Positions 1 through 8,810 of a stretch of DNA of 64,000 nucleotides are shown here, piece by piece (positions within the stretch are counted from its first letter, which is position 1; the number at the start of each line of letters is the position of its first letter). Below the pieces are notes generated by a model. That model was not told the DNA's origin. It did no database searches and worked only from the letters and a program-made list of their open reading frames with translations. The DNA lies in NCBI GenBank assembly GCA_039933635.1, contig JBDTNQ010000001.1, positions 27,967-91,966 on the forward strand. Reading direction: 5' to 3'. Source of the DNA: Acidobacteriota bacterium. GTDB taxonomy: Bacteria > Acidobacteriota > Vicinamibacteria > Vicinamibacterales > SCN-69-37. Made by a program: the position numbers and the translations under genes.

Positions 1-329
1 GGCACGACGGCCCACGTCGAGCGCTCGATGGTGGCAGGAGACGAGACGTTGACCGCACGGAGGCTCGCGCCGGCTCCGGAGGAAGCCAACGTGAACGAGC
101 CGTCAGCCGCCCCGGTCGTGTCGCCCAGGCCATCGATGCGAATCGCGGCGCCTGGCACTGGCTGCCCCGTCACACCGTTGATGATCTGTCCCGAGATGGC
201 AGGGGCGCCGGCCGGCGTCGCCGACGGCGATATGGCCGCGCTCGACGAGCGGCTGCAGCCCATCGCCCAGAGACCCGCGAGCAGGAGGCAGCCGGGGATG
301 CGTCGCGAAGATCGCAGACCGCTCCTCAC
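1..329 (-). CDS. Secreted protein or lipoprotein with carboxypeptidase-regulatory-like domain; N-terminal part only, gene runs off the left edge
   Basis: Absent from the ORF track because it has no stop in the window. GTG at 329..327. Translation VRSGLRSSRRIPGCLLLAGLWAMGCS (signal peptide, possible lipobox) is followed by ISGQIINGVTGQPVPGAAIRIDG...DGSFTL and stays open to position 1. Its GTG overlaps the TGA of the upstream ORF (GTGA). Confidence 0.45.
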   Translation of the reverse strand, partial: MRSGLRSSRRIPGCLLLAGLWAMGCSRSSSAAISPSATPAGAPAISGQIINGVTGQPVPGAAIRIDGLGDTTGAADGSFTLASSGAGASLRAVNVSSPATIERSTWAVV

Positions 330-523
330 GTTCCCGTCTTCTTGCGAGGGCTCCGTCGACGACGAAGCACCGGGAGCAACGGCGCCTCCGCGGGCTCGAC
401 GGCGGCGCGCCGCTCCAGGAGCAGGTCCTCGGTGGCGGCGATCCGGCGATCGAGGTCGTCCACCCGGCTTTCGATCTTCTGTTTCAGCGAGTCGAGATGC
501 TGTTGCGGCGTCTTCTTCGCCAT
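326..523 (-). CDS. Small hypothetical coiled-coil protein (65 aa)
   Basis: ORF MAKKTPQQHLDSLKQKIESRVDDLDRRIAATEDLL... Its stop overlaps the GTG of the downstream lipoprotein gene, suggesting translational coupling. No family recognised. Confidence 0.4.
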   Translation of the reverse strand: MAKKTPQQHLDSLKQKIESRVDDLDRRIAATEDLLLERRAAVEPAEAPLLPVLRRRRSPRKKTGT

Positions 524-644
524 GAAAGGGGGCGGCGTCGGTCACATCATAGCCCCGAAATCAGACCGTCTCGTGTGGATGCGCGTCCGAATGGGCAGTC
601 CCCGCACCTGGGCCGCCAACCGGCAGGCGTTAGAATGGAGTTGC

Positions 645-1289
645 ATGCGAACCTTCCTCGTCTTGTCGCTCGCGGCGTTCTCCGCCGCGGCCGTCAGCGC
701 ACGGCAGGATGCGCCGCCGGACGCGGCCATGCTGGCCTCCCGGGTCCAGGCGCACTACACCACCGTTCGGGACTTCACCGCCGACTTCACCCTCACGCAG
801 ACGAGCGCCATGTTGCCGAAGCCCGTCGAGGAACGCGGGGACGTCAAGATCAAGAAGCCCAGCCGGATGCGCTGGACCTACTCGACATCCAATAAGCAAC
901 AGTTCGTCTCGGACGGCACCCGTCTGTATTCATACTTTCCGCAGGATCGGTACGCAACGACCACCGCGTTGCCCAAAGGCAATGAGGTGTCTACCGCCCT
1001 GCTGTTCCTCGCGGGGCGCGGCGATCTCACGCGCGACTTCGTGGCGAGCGTCCCGGACCAGCAGCCGTCGGGCGAATGGCGTCTGCTGCTCAAGCCCAAG
1101 GCGACGCAAGCCGATTTCAAGACCCTGACACTCGACGTCGATCGCGCCACGCTTGCGCTTCGCGGATTCACGGTGGTCGACGACCAGGGCGCGATTTCGA
1201 GATTCCGCTTCCTGAACCTGCGCGAAAACCGCGGGCTCACGGACAAGGAATTCGAATTCACGATTCCGAAGGGCGTGGATCTACGGTGA
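645..1289 (+). CDS. lolA: LolA-like outer-membrane lipoprotein carrier protein
   Basis: Internal ATG at 645 of ORF 342..1289 gives MRTFLVLSLAAFSAAAVSA (signal peptide). The rest is LolA-like: VQAHYTTVRDFTADF..., GDVKIKKPSRMRWTY, FVSDGTRLYSY. GGAG lies 4 nt upstream of the ATG. Confidence 0.75.
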   Translation: MRTFLVLSLAAFSAAAVSARQDAPPDAAMLASRVQAHYTTVRDFTADFTLTQTSAMLPKPVEERGDVKIKKPSRMRWTYSTSNKQQFVSDGTRLYSYFPQDRYATTTALPKGNEVSTALLFLAGRGDLTRDFVASVPDQQPSGEWRLLLKPKATQADFKTLTLDVDRATLALRGFTVVDDQGAISRFRFLNLRENRGLTDKEFEFTIPKGVDLR

Positions 1290-3064
1290 TTGGCCGCTTG
1301 TGCTGCGCCCTGATCGCGGCCGCGCTCCTGACCGCCTGCGCGTCGACCGGCCTCAAGCAGGCGCAAGCCGCCGACGACCTCCAGGACTACGACCTCGCCG
1401 TCGCGCGCTACGCCAAGGTCGCGCGTGAACATCCCGAGAATCGAGAGGCCACCTCCGGTCTCGAGCGCGCCAAGTTGCGCGCCTCGGACGCGCACTTCGT
1501 ACGAGGCCGGCGGCTGTTCGGGCAGGGCCGGTTCGACGACGCCGTCCTCGAGCTCCAGCTGGCCAGCGAATTGAATCCGAGCAACGGCGACGCGGCCAAT
1601 AGCCTGCGCGAAGTGCGCCTCGCGTTGCGCGCGCGGGTCAGCCGCTCCGAATCGGGGCAAACATCGCTCGAGACGCTCCTCGAGCGGACGCGTGACCTCG
1701 CACCGGCCGGCTACGAGCTGCCCGACGCCCCACTCACCGCACAGATCGCCACGGGCCAGCAGGCAACGGCGCGAACGGTGTTCCTGACCATCGCGCGCCT
1801 CGCCAGTCTCTCCGTCACGTTCGATCCCGCCTTCCGCGATGTGCCCGCCGTGGTCAACCTGCGCAGCGGGATGACGGTGAAGCAGGCGCTCGACGCGGTG
1901 TCCGGAGCGACCAACACCTTCTACCAGGTCACCGCGCCCTCCACGATCGTGGTCGTACCCGACACGCCGGCGCTGCGGCGCGAGTACGTCACCGAGGTCG
2001 TGCGGCAGTTCACGGTGCAGAACCTGGATATCAAAGAGGCGATGGACGCTCTGCGCGTGGTGGCCGACGCGCGCTACATCTCGCAGATTACCGGGACCAA
2101 CACCATCCTCATCCGCGACACCCCCGAGCGCATGCAGGTGATTGGCCGGTTCCTGAGCGCCTTCGACAAGGCCAAGCCCGAGCTCGTCGTCGACGTCGAG
2201 GTCCTCGAGGTCAATCGGACGCAGCTGCGGGAGTACGGCTTGCAGATCGCATCGGCCGGATCGACAGGCATCGACGGCGCGGCGGACGTGAACAAGGACG
2301 GTGGCGTCTCGCTGCAGTCCCTGCGCAACCTGAGCCAGACCGACGTCCTCATGACCGGCATTCCGGCGCTGTACTATCGGCTCCTGAAAACGGACACGCG
2401 CACGCGCACGCTGGCCAGCCCGCACATCCGGATGTCGGACGGCATCACGTCCACCGCGCGCTTCGGCCAGGAAGTGCCGGTGCCGACCCTCACGATTGCG
2501 CCCATCACCCAGGGCGGCGTCAACATCCAGCCGCAGACCCAGTTCTCCTACAAGACGATTGGCGTCAACATCGGTATCACGCCGCGCACGCATCCCAATG
2601 ACGACGTCACGCTGGCCCTCAACATCGAGCTGAGTACGCTGGGCACGGCGGGCTTCGACGGTCTGCCGACGTTCGGCACCCGCAACGTGCAGACGTCCAT
2701 CCGGTTGAAAGACGGCGAGACCAACATCCTCGCCGGGCTGATTCGCGAGGATGAGCGCGAGGAGCGCCAGACGATCCCCGGTCTGGGCTCGGTGCCCGTG
2801 CTCGGAAACCTGTTTGGCCGAAACCATCGCGACGCGCAGCAGACGGACGTGGTCATCATGCTGACGCCGCACATCATTCGCGTGCTCGATCTCGACGAGG
2901 ACGACCTCCGCCCGCTGCGCATGCCGCGCGAAGGCACAGGCAACGCGGGCATTTCGATCTTCAGCCCCGAGCCGCCAGTCCCCTCTCCGCCGCGTGCACC
3001 GCAGGTGCCGACCCAGACCGCGCCGCCCCCCGTGCCGGCACCACCTGGCATCGGGCGACCGTAA
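1286..3064 (+). CDS. Secretin family (GspD/PilQ-type) outer-membrane protein with N-terminal lipobox and TPR region
   Basis: GTG at 1286 overlaps the lolA-like TGA (GTGA). N-terminus VIGRLCCALIAAALLTACAS (lipobox). TPR-like AVARYAKVAREHPEN. C-terminal secretin signature TNILAGLIRE...IPGLGSVPVLGNLFG...DVVIMLTPHIIR. Confidence 0.8.
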   Translation: MIGRLCCALIAAALLTACASTGLKQAQAADDLQDYDLAVARYAKVAREHPENREATSGLERAKLRASDAHFVRGRRLFGQGRFDDAVLELQLASELNPSNGDAANSLREVRLALRARVSRSESGQTSLETLLERTRDLAPAGYELPDAPLTAQIATGQQATARTVFLTIARLASLSVTFDPAFRDVPAVVNLRSGMTVKQALDAVSGATNTFYQVTAPSTIVVVPDTPALRREYVTEVVRQFTVQNLDIKEAMDALRVVADARYISQITGTNTILIRDTPERMQVIGRFLSAFDKAKPELVVDVEVLEVNRTQLREYGLQIASAGSTGIDGAADVNKDGGVSLQSLRNLSQTDVLMTGIPALYYRLLKTDTRTRTLASPHIRMSDGITSTARFGQEVPVPTLTIAPITQGGVNIQPQTQFSYKTIGVNIGITPRTHPNDDVTLALNIELSTLGTAGFDGLPTFGTRNVQTSIRLKDGETNILAGLIREDEREERQTIPGLGSVPVLGNLFGRNHRDAQQTDVVIMLTPHIIRVLDLDEDDLRPLRMPREGTGNAGISIFSPEPPVPSPPRAPQVPTQTAPPPVPAPPGIGRP

Positions 3065-3110
3065 GAGCGGCCTGCCGCGGACCTGAAGTCCGCGGCTCCA
3101 CGGACAGGGC

Positions 3111-4367
3111 CTAGTCGATGCGCTGAACGTCGGCGCCGAGCGCGGTCAGCCGTGACACAAGCTGACCGTAGCCGCGCTCGACGGTTTCTATTTCGAGAAC
3201 GGTGCTCTGTCCGTCGGCCACGAGCGCAGCCGCAATGAGCGCCATGCCGGATCGAATGTCGCGGCTATCGAGTGTGCGCCCGCGAAGTCTGGTCGGGCCG
3301 CTGACGATGATGCGGTGCGGGTCGCAGAGAAACAGGTCGGCTCGCATCGAACTCAACTGCTCGAGCGCAAAGAGGCGCAGCTCGTACATCCAGTCGTGCA
3401 CCAGGGTTTGCCCCTGGGCCTGCGTCGCCAGCACGGTGACGAGGCTGACGATGTCGCTCGGGAAACCGGGCCAGAGGCCCGTGGTGATGCGGCGCGCGCC
3501 CACCAGCGAGGAACGTCCCACCGAGAAGCGACCGTCCTCCAGGGTGAAGCTGAGGTGCATCTCGGCGAGCACCGCGGCAATCGGCTCGAGGTCCTCGGCG
3601 TGGACGCCGGTCACTTCCACTTCCCCACCAGTCACCGCACCGACGACCGCCCAGGATGCCGCCTCAATGTAGTCCCCGCGCAACGTGTGGACGGCGCCGC
3701 TGAGGCGAGCGGGCGGTTCGACGCGAATCGTGGACATGCCGACGCCGGTGATCCCGGCACCCATCGACTGCAGAAACACGCACAGCTCCGCGACGTGCGG
3801 CTCGCAGGCGGCATTGCGGATTTCCGTAGCGCCGCGCGCCTGCGCCGCCGCGAGCAAGGCGGTCTCGGTGCCGGTCACCGACGCCTCGAGTAGGTACATG
3901 GACGCCCCATGCAGCCCATCGGGCGCTTCAAGCTGATGGCCGGCGGACACGTCGACGATGCGCGCGCCCATGGCCAGCATGGCGCGCAGGTGCGTCGCAA
4001 TCGTCCGCCGCGCCGGAAAATCGCCACCGGGAGGCGCGATCGCGGCGCGGCCCGTACGCCCGAGCAGCGCCCCGAGCAGCAGCACGGATCCACGCAGCCG
4101 GCCGACGAGCGACGGCTCGGGCTCGGACGTCAGGATGTCCTGGCACGTCACCTTGACCGTGGAGCCCGACCGCTCGACGCTGGCGCCCAGCGACCGCAGC
4201 AGGTCGATCATGACGGCGACATCGCGAATCGCCGGCACGTTCCGAACCTCGCAGGTCTCCGTGGTCAGCAAACAGGCCGCGAGGATCGGCAGCGCAGCGT
4301 TCTTGTTCCCTTCGACCTCAATCCGCCCCGAGAGACTGCGGCCACCCTGAATGACGAGCTGTGACAT
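3111..4367 (-). CDS. murA: UDP-N-acetylglucosamine 1-carboxyvinyltransferase
   Basis: MSQLVIQGGRSLSGRIEVEGNKNAALPILAACLLT..., full-length MurA-like, 418 aa. Confidence 0.95.
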   Translation of the reverse strand: MSQLVIQGGRSLSGRIEVEGNKNAALPILAACLLTTETCEVRNVPAIRDVAVMIDLLRSLGASVERSGSTVKVTCQDILTSEPEPSLVGRLRGSVLLLGALLGRTGRAAIAPPGGDFPARRTIATHLRAMLAMGARIVDVSAGHQLEAPDGLHGASMYLLEASVTGTETALLAAAQARGATEIRNAACEPHVAELCVFLQSMGAGITGVGMSTIRVEPPARLSGAVHTLRGDYIEAASWAVVGAVTGGEVEVTGVHAEDLEPIAAVLAEMHLSFTLEDGRFSVGRSSLVGARRITTGLWPGFPSDIVSLVTVLATQAQGQTLVHDWMYELRLFALEQLSSMRADLFLCDPHRIIVSGPTRLRGRTLDSRDIRSGMALIAAALVADGQSTVLEIETVERGYGQLVSRLTALGADVQRID

Positions 4368-4425
4368 ATTGCCCCTGCGAAACTGCGGCCCCTTGACTCA
4401 AGACACCGGAGCCACGCCAAACGTT

Positions 4426-5364
4426 CTAGAAACCCAAGCAGACGATCTCGTCACGCAAGGCGACGCCAAACTGCGTGCGCACGGCCGTGCGCGCCAACTC
4501 GATCAGCGCCCGAATGTCCGCGGCCGTGGCCCCACCATCATTCACGATGAAGTTCGCATGGTGGTCCGAAATCCGCGCGCCACCCACGCGGTGACCCTTG
4601 AGACCGGCCCGATCGACCAGGGCGCCGGCCGAGCGAGGGATACCCGCGGGGACGGCATCGCCCGCTCCGGGGTTCTGGAAGATGCACCCGGCACTGGGAG
4701 TCGCGAGCGGCTGGGTGGACTTGCGATAGTGCAGCGACTCGCGCGCCACGGCTCGCAGCTCGCCGGGCTCGGCCTTCGAAACCCTGAACTCGGCCCAGAT
4801 CAAGATCTCGCCCGTCCGCTGCAGCCGGCTCATGTCGTAGGCGAAGCCAAGTGCGGTCCCGGCGGCGACGGCTGAGTGCCCGTCCCTGGTCATGACCTGC
4901 GCGGTGGTCACCAGATCGCCAATGTTGCGGCCTCCCCAGTGTGCGTTCCCATAGATCGCCCCGCCGACGGTGCCTGGCGTGCCTGCCCACGCCTCGAGCG
5001 CCGCGAGTCCGCGCCCGATGGTCCACCGCACGAGGCCATTGATCGTCACGCCGGCATCCGCCCGCACCAGATCCGGTGCCGGCTGGTGGATGGACGTGAG
5101 GTGCAGGCGAACCACGAGGCCCACGACGCCCGCGTCGGCGACGAGCACGTTCGACCCGCCACCCAGCAACGAGACCGCCACGCCGGATCGCGTCGCATCA
5201 GCCACGATCGCTTCGAGCTCAGCCACCGAACGGATGTCGACAAGCCACTGGGCGGGTCCGCCCACACGAAACGTCGTGAGTGCCGCCAGCGGCGCGTTGG
5301 CGCGCCAGCGATCGGGACCGAGCCGGGCCGCCCACCGCCCCGCGAAGGTCGCGTCGGGCATCAC
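4426..5364 (-). CDS. murB: UDP-N-acetylenolpyruvoylglucosamine reductase
   Basis: FAD-binding MurB pattern (TTFRVGGPAQWLV, LLGGGSNVLV, SAGCIFQNP). Start overlaps the mpl stop. Confidence 0.9.
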   Translation of the reverse strand: MMPDATFAGRWAARLGPDRWRANAPLAALTTFRVGGPAQWLVDIRSVAELEAIVADATRSGVAVSLLGGGSNVLVADAGVVGLVVRLHLTSIHQPAPDLVRADAGVTINGLVRWTIGRGLAALEAWAGTPGTVGGAIYGNAHWGGRNIGDLVTTAQVMTRDGHSAVAAGTALGFAYDMSRLQRTGEILIWAEFRVSKAEPGELRAVARESLHYRKSTQPLATPSAGCIFQNPGAGDAVPAGIPRSAGALVDRAGLKGHRVGGARISDHHANFIVNDGGATAADIRALIELARTAVRTQFGVALRDEIVCLGF

Positions 5365-6761
5365 GCGCGGAGGGCCTGCAGCAGCTTGTCGTGAATGCCC
5401 TCGAAGCCGCCATTGGACATGACGACCACCAGATCGCCCTCCCTGGCCTCGGCCACGACGGTGCGCACGATGTCGTCGGCTTTAGGAATCAGCCTCGCGT
5501 GCATTCCGCCGCGGCGCAGGTCGTCCACCAGCTCCTCCACATTCAACCGCTCATCATCGGGCAGGGTGCTGCGAAACACCGCAGCGAAAATGACCTCGCT
5601 CGCGCCCGATTCGGCAAATGCGCGGGCGAAATCCTGCTGAAAGACGCGCCGGCAGGACGTGGCGGATCGGGGTTCGAAGATCGCCCAGATGCGGCGATCG
5701 GGATTGGACCAGCGGACGGCTCTCAGCGTTTCGAGAATCGCCGTGGGATGGTGGGCGAAGTCGTCGTACACCGACACGCCCCGCGCCGTCCCGCGCAGTT
5801 CGAGCCGACGGCGGACGCCTTCGAACCGTGAGAGCCCGTGCTGCAGTTCGGCGGCGCTGGCGCCCACGGCATGACCGGCGGCGATGGCGGCCAGGGCATT
5901 CCGCACGTTGTGCACCCCGTGCAGGGGCGTCACGAACTGGCCAAACGGCTCGCGGTGATAGGACACGTCGAAGGCCACGCGGCCCTGATCGGACCGGATA
6001 TCCGTCGCGCGCCAGTCCGCGTCCGGCGAATCGATCCCGAACGTTTCGACGGATCCGCGCGCCTGTGCCGCAAGCCGTAACGCCTCGGGGCTATCGGCGC
6101 CAATGATTGTGCGGCCGGTCCGCGGCACCAGCGCGAGCAATCGCCGAAAGGCAATGCGCAGCGATTCCATGTCCGGATAGATGTCCGCGTGGTCGTACTC
6201 GAGGTTGCCGACCACCGCGATATCAGGCAGGTACTTGAGAAACTTTGCGGTCTTGTCGAAGAAGGCGCTGTCGTACTCGTCTCCCTCGATCACGAAGTCG
6301 CGCCCCTGTCCGAGACGGTAGCTCCCACCGAAGTTCAGCGCGATGCCGCCGACGAGCACGCTCGGGTCGCGCCCCGCATCCGTCAGCAGCCAGCCCGTCA
6401 ACGCGGTCGTTGTCGTCTTGCCATGGGTTCCGGCAATGACGATCGATCGCGACTGCCACAGGAACTCATCGCGAATGGCCGCCGGCATCGAGACGAACCG
6501 GATCTTGCGATCGAGGACCTCCTCGAGCTCCGGGTTGCCACGCGAGATGGCGTTGCCGACGACGACCAGGTCGATCTCCGGTGTGATCTGCTCGGCACGA
6601 TAGCCGTCGAACACGCGGATGGACTCGCGCACGAGGAAGTCGCTCATCGGCGGATACACCGCGTGATCCGACCCCTGGACGTCGTGGCCGCGAGCCTTGA
6701 ACATCGCGGCGAGCGTCGCCATGGCGGTGCCACAGACTCCGATGAAATGAATACGCGCCAT
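5361..6761 (-). CDS. mpl: UDP-N-acetylmuramate:L-alanyl-gamma-D-glutamyl-meso-DAP ligase (murein peptide ligase)
   Basis: MARIHFIGVCGTAMATLAAMFKARGHDVQGSD..YPPMSDFL, Mur-ligase P-loop GTHGKTTTT, 466 aa. Lies next to ldcA and nagZ. Confidence 0.85.
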   Translation of the reverse strand: MARIHFIGVCGTAMATLAAMFKARGHDVQGSDHAVYPPMSDFLVRESIRVFDGYRAEQITPEIDLVVVGNAISRGNPELEEVLDRKIRFVSMPAAIRDEFLWQSRSIVIAGTHGKTTTTALTGWLLTDAGRDPSVLVGGIALNFGGSYRLGQGRDFVIEGDEYDSAFFDKTAKFLKYLPDIAVVGNLEYDHADIYPDMESLRIAFRRLLALVPRTGRTIIGADSPEALRLAAQARGSVETFGIDSPDADWRATDIRSDQGRVAFDVSYHREPFGQFVTPLHGVHNVRNALAAIAAGHAVGASAAELQHGLSRFEGVRRRLELRGTARGVSVYDDFAHHPTAILETLRAVRWSNPDRRIWAIFEPRSATSCRRVFQQDFARAFAESGASEVIFAAVFRSTLPDDERLNVEELVDDLRRGGMHARLIPKADDIVRTVVAEAREGDLVVVMSNGGFEGIHDKLLQALRA

Positions 6762-6763
6762 GG

Positions 6764-7714
6764 TCAGCCGGCGGCCGCCTCCTCAACGATGAGTCGCGGC
6801 TGCGACTCGCCGAGCACGCGAGTCTCGACGCCGAACGGCAGCGACACCATCGGCGTGGTTGTGTGCCCGGATGAAAAGCCGAACAGAACTGGCCCCGGAA
6901 AATCGGCGAAGAACTCCGCAATGACGGCCCGTGCCGTGACGCGGCCGCCCGGCTCGTCACAGCGGGACATCTGCCCGCACACGATGGCCGACAGGTGCGC
7001 CAGGCGCCCGCTCTGGCGAAGCTGCGTCAGCATGCGGCGAATCCGGAACGGCCGTTCCGCCACGTCCTCGATGAACAGCACCGCGCCTCGAGGCGGGACG
7101 AAACAGTAGGGCGTCCCCAGCGTGGCCACGAGTTGCGTCAGCGTGCCGCCGACCAGTGGACCGCTGGCGGCGCCGGGCCGGATGACCTCGAGCGTGGGGC
7201 CGGTCAGTTCTCCCAAAGGCTCTGTGCTCAGGCTCCCCAGCAAAGACGCGCGGTCGTACTCCGCCTCACCGACCGCGAGACGGCCTTCGAGCATGGCGCC
7301 GTGAACGGACGTGATGCCGACGTGGCCATTGAGCCAGGCGTGAAGCGAGGTGAGATCGCTGTAGCCGACGAAGGCCTTCGGCGATTCGCGGAAGGTTCGC
7401 GCGTCGAGGAGCGGCAGCACCTCGGCACTCCCGTAGCCCCCTCGCACCGCAATCAGCGCATCGACGTCGTCTCGCGTGACGGCCTCGACCAGGGCTCGAG
7501 CGCGCACGTCGGCCGGCCCAGCCACGATGTCGCCGCGCTCGAACACGGAGGACTCGAACACGGCGGCGAATCCAAGGCGCTTCAATTCAGCCACCCCAGC
7601 GTCGAACTGCTCCCACTTGAACGGGCTCGCCGGCGCAACGATGGCGATGGCCGCTCCTGGCCGCACCGGCCTGAACTTCGTGAGGCCGCCCCGCGTGCGA
7701 GCGGTCACACCCAC
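6764..7714 (-). CDS. ldcA: LD-carboxypeptidase (muramoyltetrapeptide carboxypeptidase)
   Basis: S66 peptidase pattern: IAIVAPASPF, GYSDLTSLH, C-terminal GHT. GTG start; 10-nt overlap with the nagZ stop. Confidence 0.8.
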   Translation of the reverse strand: MGVTARTRGGLTKFRPVRPGAAIAIVAPASPFKWEQFDAGVAELKRLGFAAVFESSVFERGDIVAGPADVRARALVEAVTRDDVDALIAVRGGYGSAEVLPLLDARTFRESPKAFVGYSDLTSLHAWLNGHVGITSVHGAMLEGRLAVGEAEYDRASLLGSLSTEPLGELTGPTLEVIRPGAASGPLVGGTLTQLVATLGTPYCFVPPRGAVLFIEDVAERPFRIRRMLTQLRQSGRLAHLSAIVCGQMSRCDEPGGRVTARAVIAEFFADFPGPVLFGFSSGHTTTPMVSLPFGVETRVLGESQPRLIVEEAAAG

Positions 7715-8787
7715 CTCGCCATTTCGGCGGCGACCAACTGATGCGCCGTGGAGCCGACGACATCGAGCCCGGCCGGGTGGAGGGGCGTGCGATCGCGCAT
7801 CCGCACCTTGACGTCGTGCTGCCGCGCCAGCGCGTCGTCGATGCGCTTTTGGGTTAGCAGCCCGGACTCGGCGGCGCGGATGAGCGCCTCGAGCGCCTCG
7901 ACCTGTTCATCCGCGGTCGAGTTGCAGAGCAGGACCGCGTCGCATCCCGCCTGCACGGCGAGGACCGCGGCCTCCGGCAGCGGCGTCTCAGTGCTCACGG
8001 CTTTCATGCCGAGGTCATCGCTCACGACCACGCCTCGATATCCCAGCTCGTTCTTCAGCATCTGTTGCACGACCACGGGCGAGAACGAGGCCAGGCGACG
8101 TTCATCGACAGCCGGCATCATGACGTGCGCCGTCATGATCATCGCCACGTCGGCGGCAATCGCGCGCCGAAACGGCACGAACTCGACGGCCTCGAGCCGC
8201 CGGCGATCGTGCTCGAGGACCGGCAGCGTCTCATGCGAGTCGACGCTGGTGTCGCCATGTCCGGGAAAGTGTTTGCCGCAGGCGGCCACACCGGCCTGCT
8301 GCATCGCGCGAATCACGACCTCGCCGAGCCGGGCGGCCTCCTCGGCTTTATCCGAGAGCGCGCGATCGCCAATGACGGGATTGGCCGGATTGGTGTGCAC
8401 GTCGAGCACCGGCGCGTAGTCGAGCGTGATGCCCACCGATCGGAGTTCGGCGGCCAGCGCCCTCGCAAAACGCTCGGCCAGTGCGGCATCGCCACTGCGG
8501 CCAAGGGTCGCCGCGGGAGGCCATTCCGTGAACGGCGCGCGCAGCCGCGCCACGCGGCCGCCCTCCTGATCCACGCTGATCCAGAAGGGCCATTCGCGCG
8601 CGAGGCTCGACGTTTCGCGAGACAACTCGGCCAGTTGCGCGGGCTCGATGACGTTGCGGGCGAAGTAGATCACGCCGCCCAGATCGAAGTCGGCAATAAG
8701 GCGCCGGAGGTCAGCGGGAACCGTGTAGCCAGAGAAACCGACGATGGCCAGCCGGCCAACATGGCGCCGAAGCTCCCGGAGCGACAT
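7705..8787 (-). CDS. nagZ: Beta-N-acetylhexosaminidase, GH3
   Basis: Internal ATG (M39 of the ORF) gives MSLRELRRHVGRLAIVGF... GH3 motifs DQEGGRVARL and KHFPGHGDTSVDSH. Confidence 0.85.
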   Translation of the reverse strand: MSLRELRRHVGRLAIVGFSGYTVPADLRRLIADFDLGGVIYFARNVIEPAQLAELSRETSSLAREWPFWISVDQEGGRVARLRAPFTEWPPAATLGRSGDAALAERFARALAAELRSVGITLDYAPVLDVHTNPANPVIGDRALSDKAEEAARLGEVVIRAMQQAGVAACGKHFPGHGDTSVDSHETLPVLEHDRRRLEAVEFVPFRRAIAADVAMIMTAHVMMPAVDERRLASFSPVVVQQMLKNELGYRGVVVSDDLGMKAVSTETPLPEAAVLAVQAGCDAVLLCNSTADEQVEALEALIRAAESGLLTQKRIDDALARQHDVKVRMRDRTPLHPAGLDVVGSTAHQLVAAEMARWV

Positions 8788-8796
8788 TCCGGGGCC

Positions 8797-8804
8797 ATTA
8801 TAAT
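8797..8804. promoter_or_regulatory. Palindromic ATTATAAT, a candidate shared -10 element for divergent nagZ and the GHMP kinase gene
   Basis: The 23-bp gap between the nagZ ATG (8787) and the GHMP GTG (8811) contains ATTATAAT. It reads TATAAT on both strands, 6 nt from the GTG and 9 nt from the ATG. Confidence 0.3.
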
Positions 8805-8810
8805 GCGCGA

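Noticed and set aside
28-525. 165-aa plus-strand ORF at the left edge
   Set aside because: It is opposite a better-supported minus-strand lipoprotein start and a small coupled ORF. Its composition is shadow-like, and no motif was recognised.
878-2872. 664-aa ORF antisense to the secretin gene. The same phenomenon occurs at 14501..15622, 16949..18211, 19933..21357, 26880..28130, 40377..41537 and 60635..62338.
   Set aside because: These are Arg/Ala/Gly/Pro-rich, low-complexity translations lying exactly opposite genes with clear family signatures. They are typical stop-codon-poor shadow ORFs of high-GC DNA.
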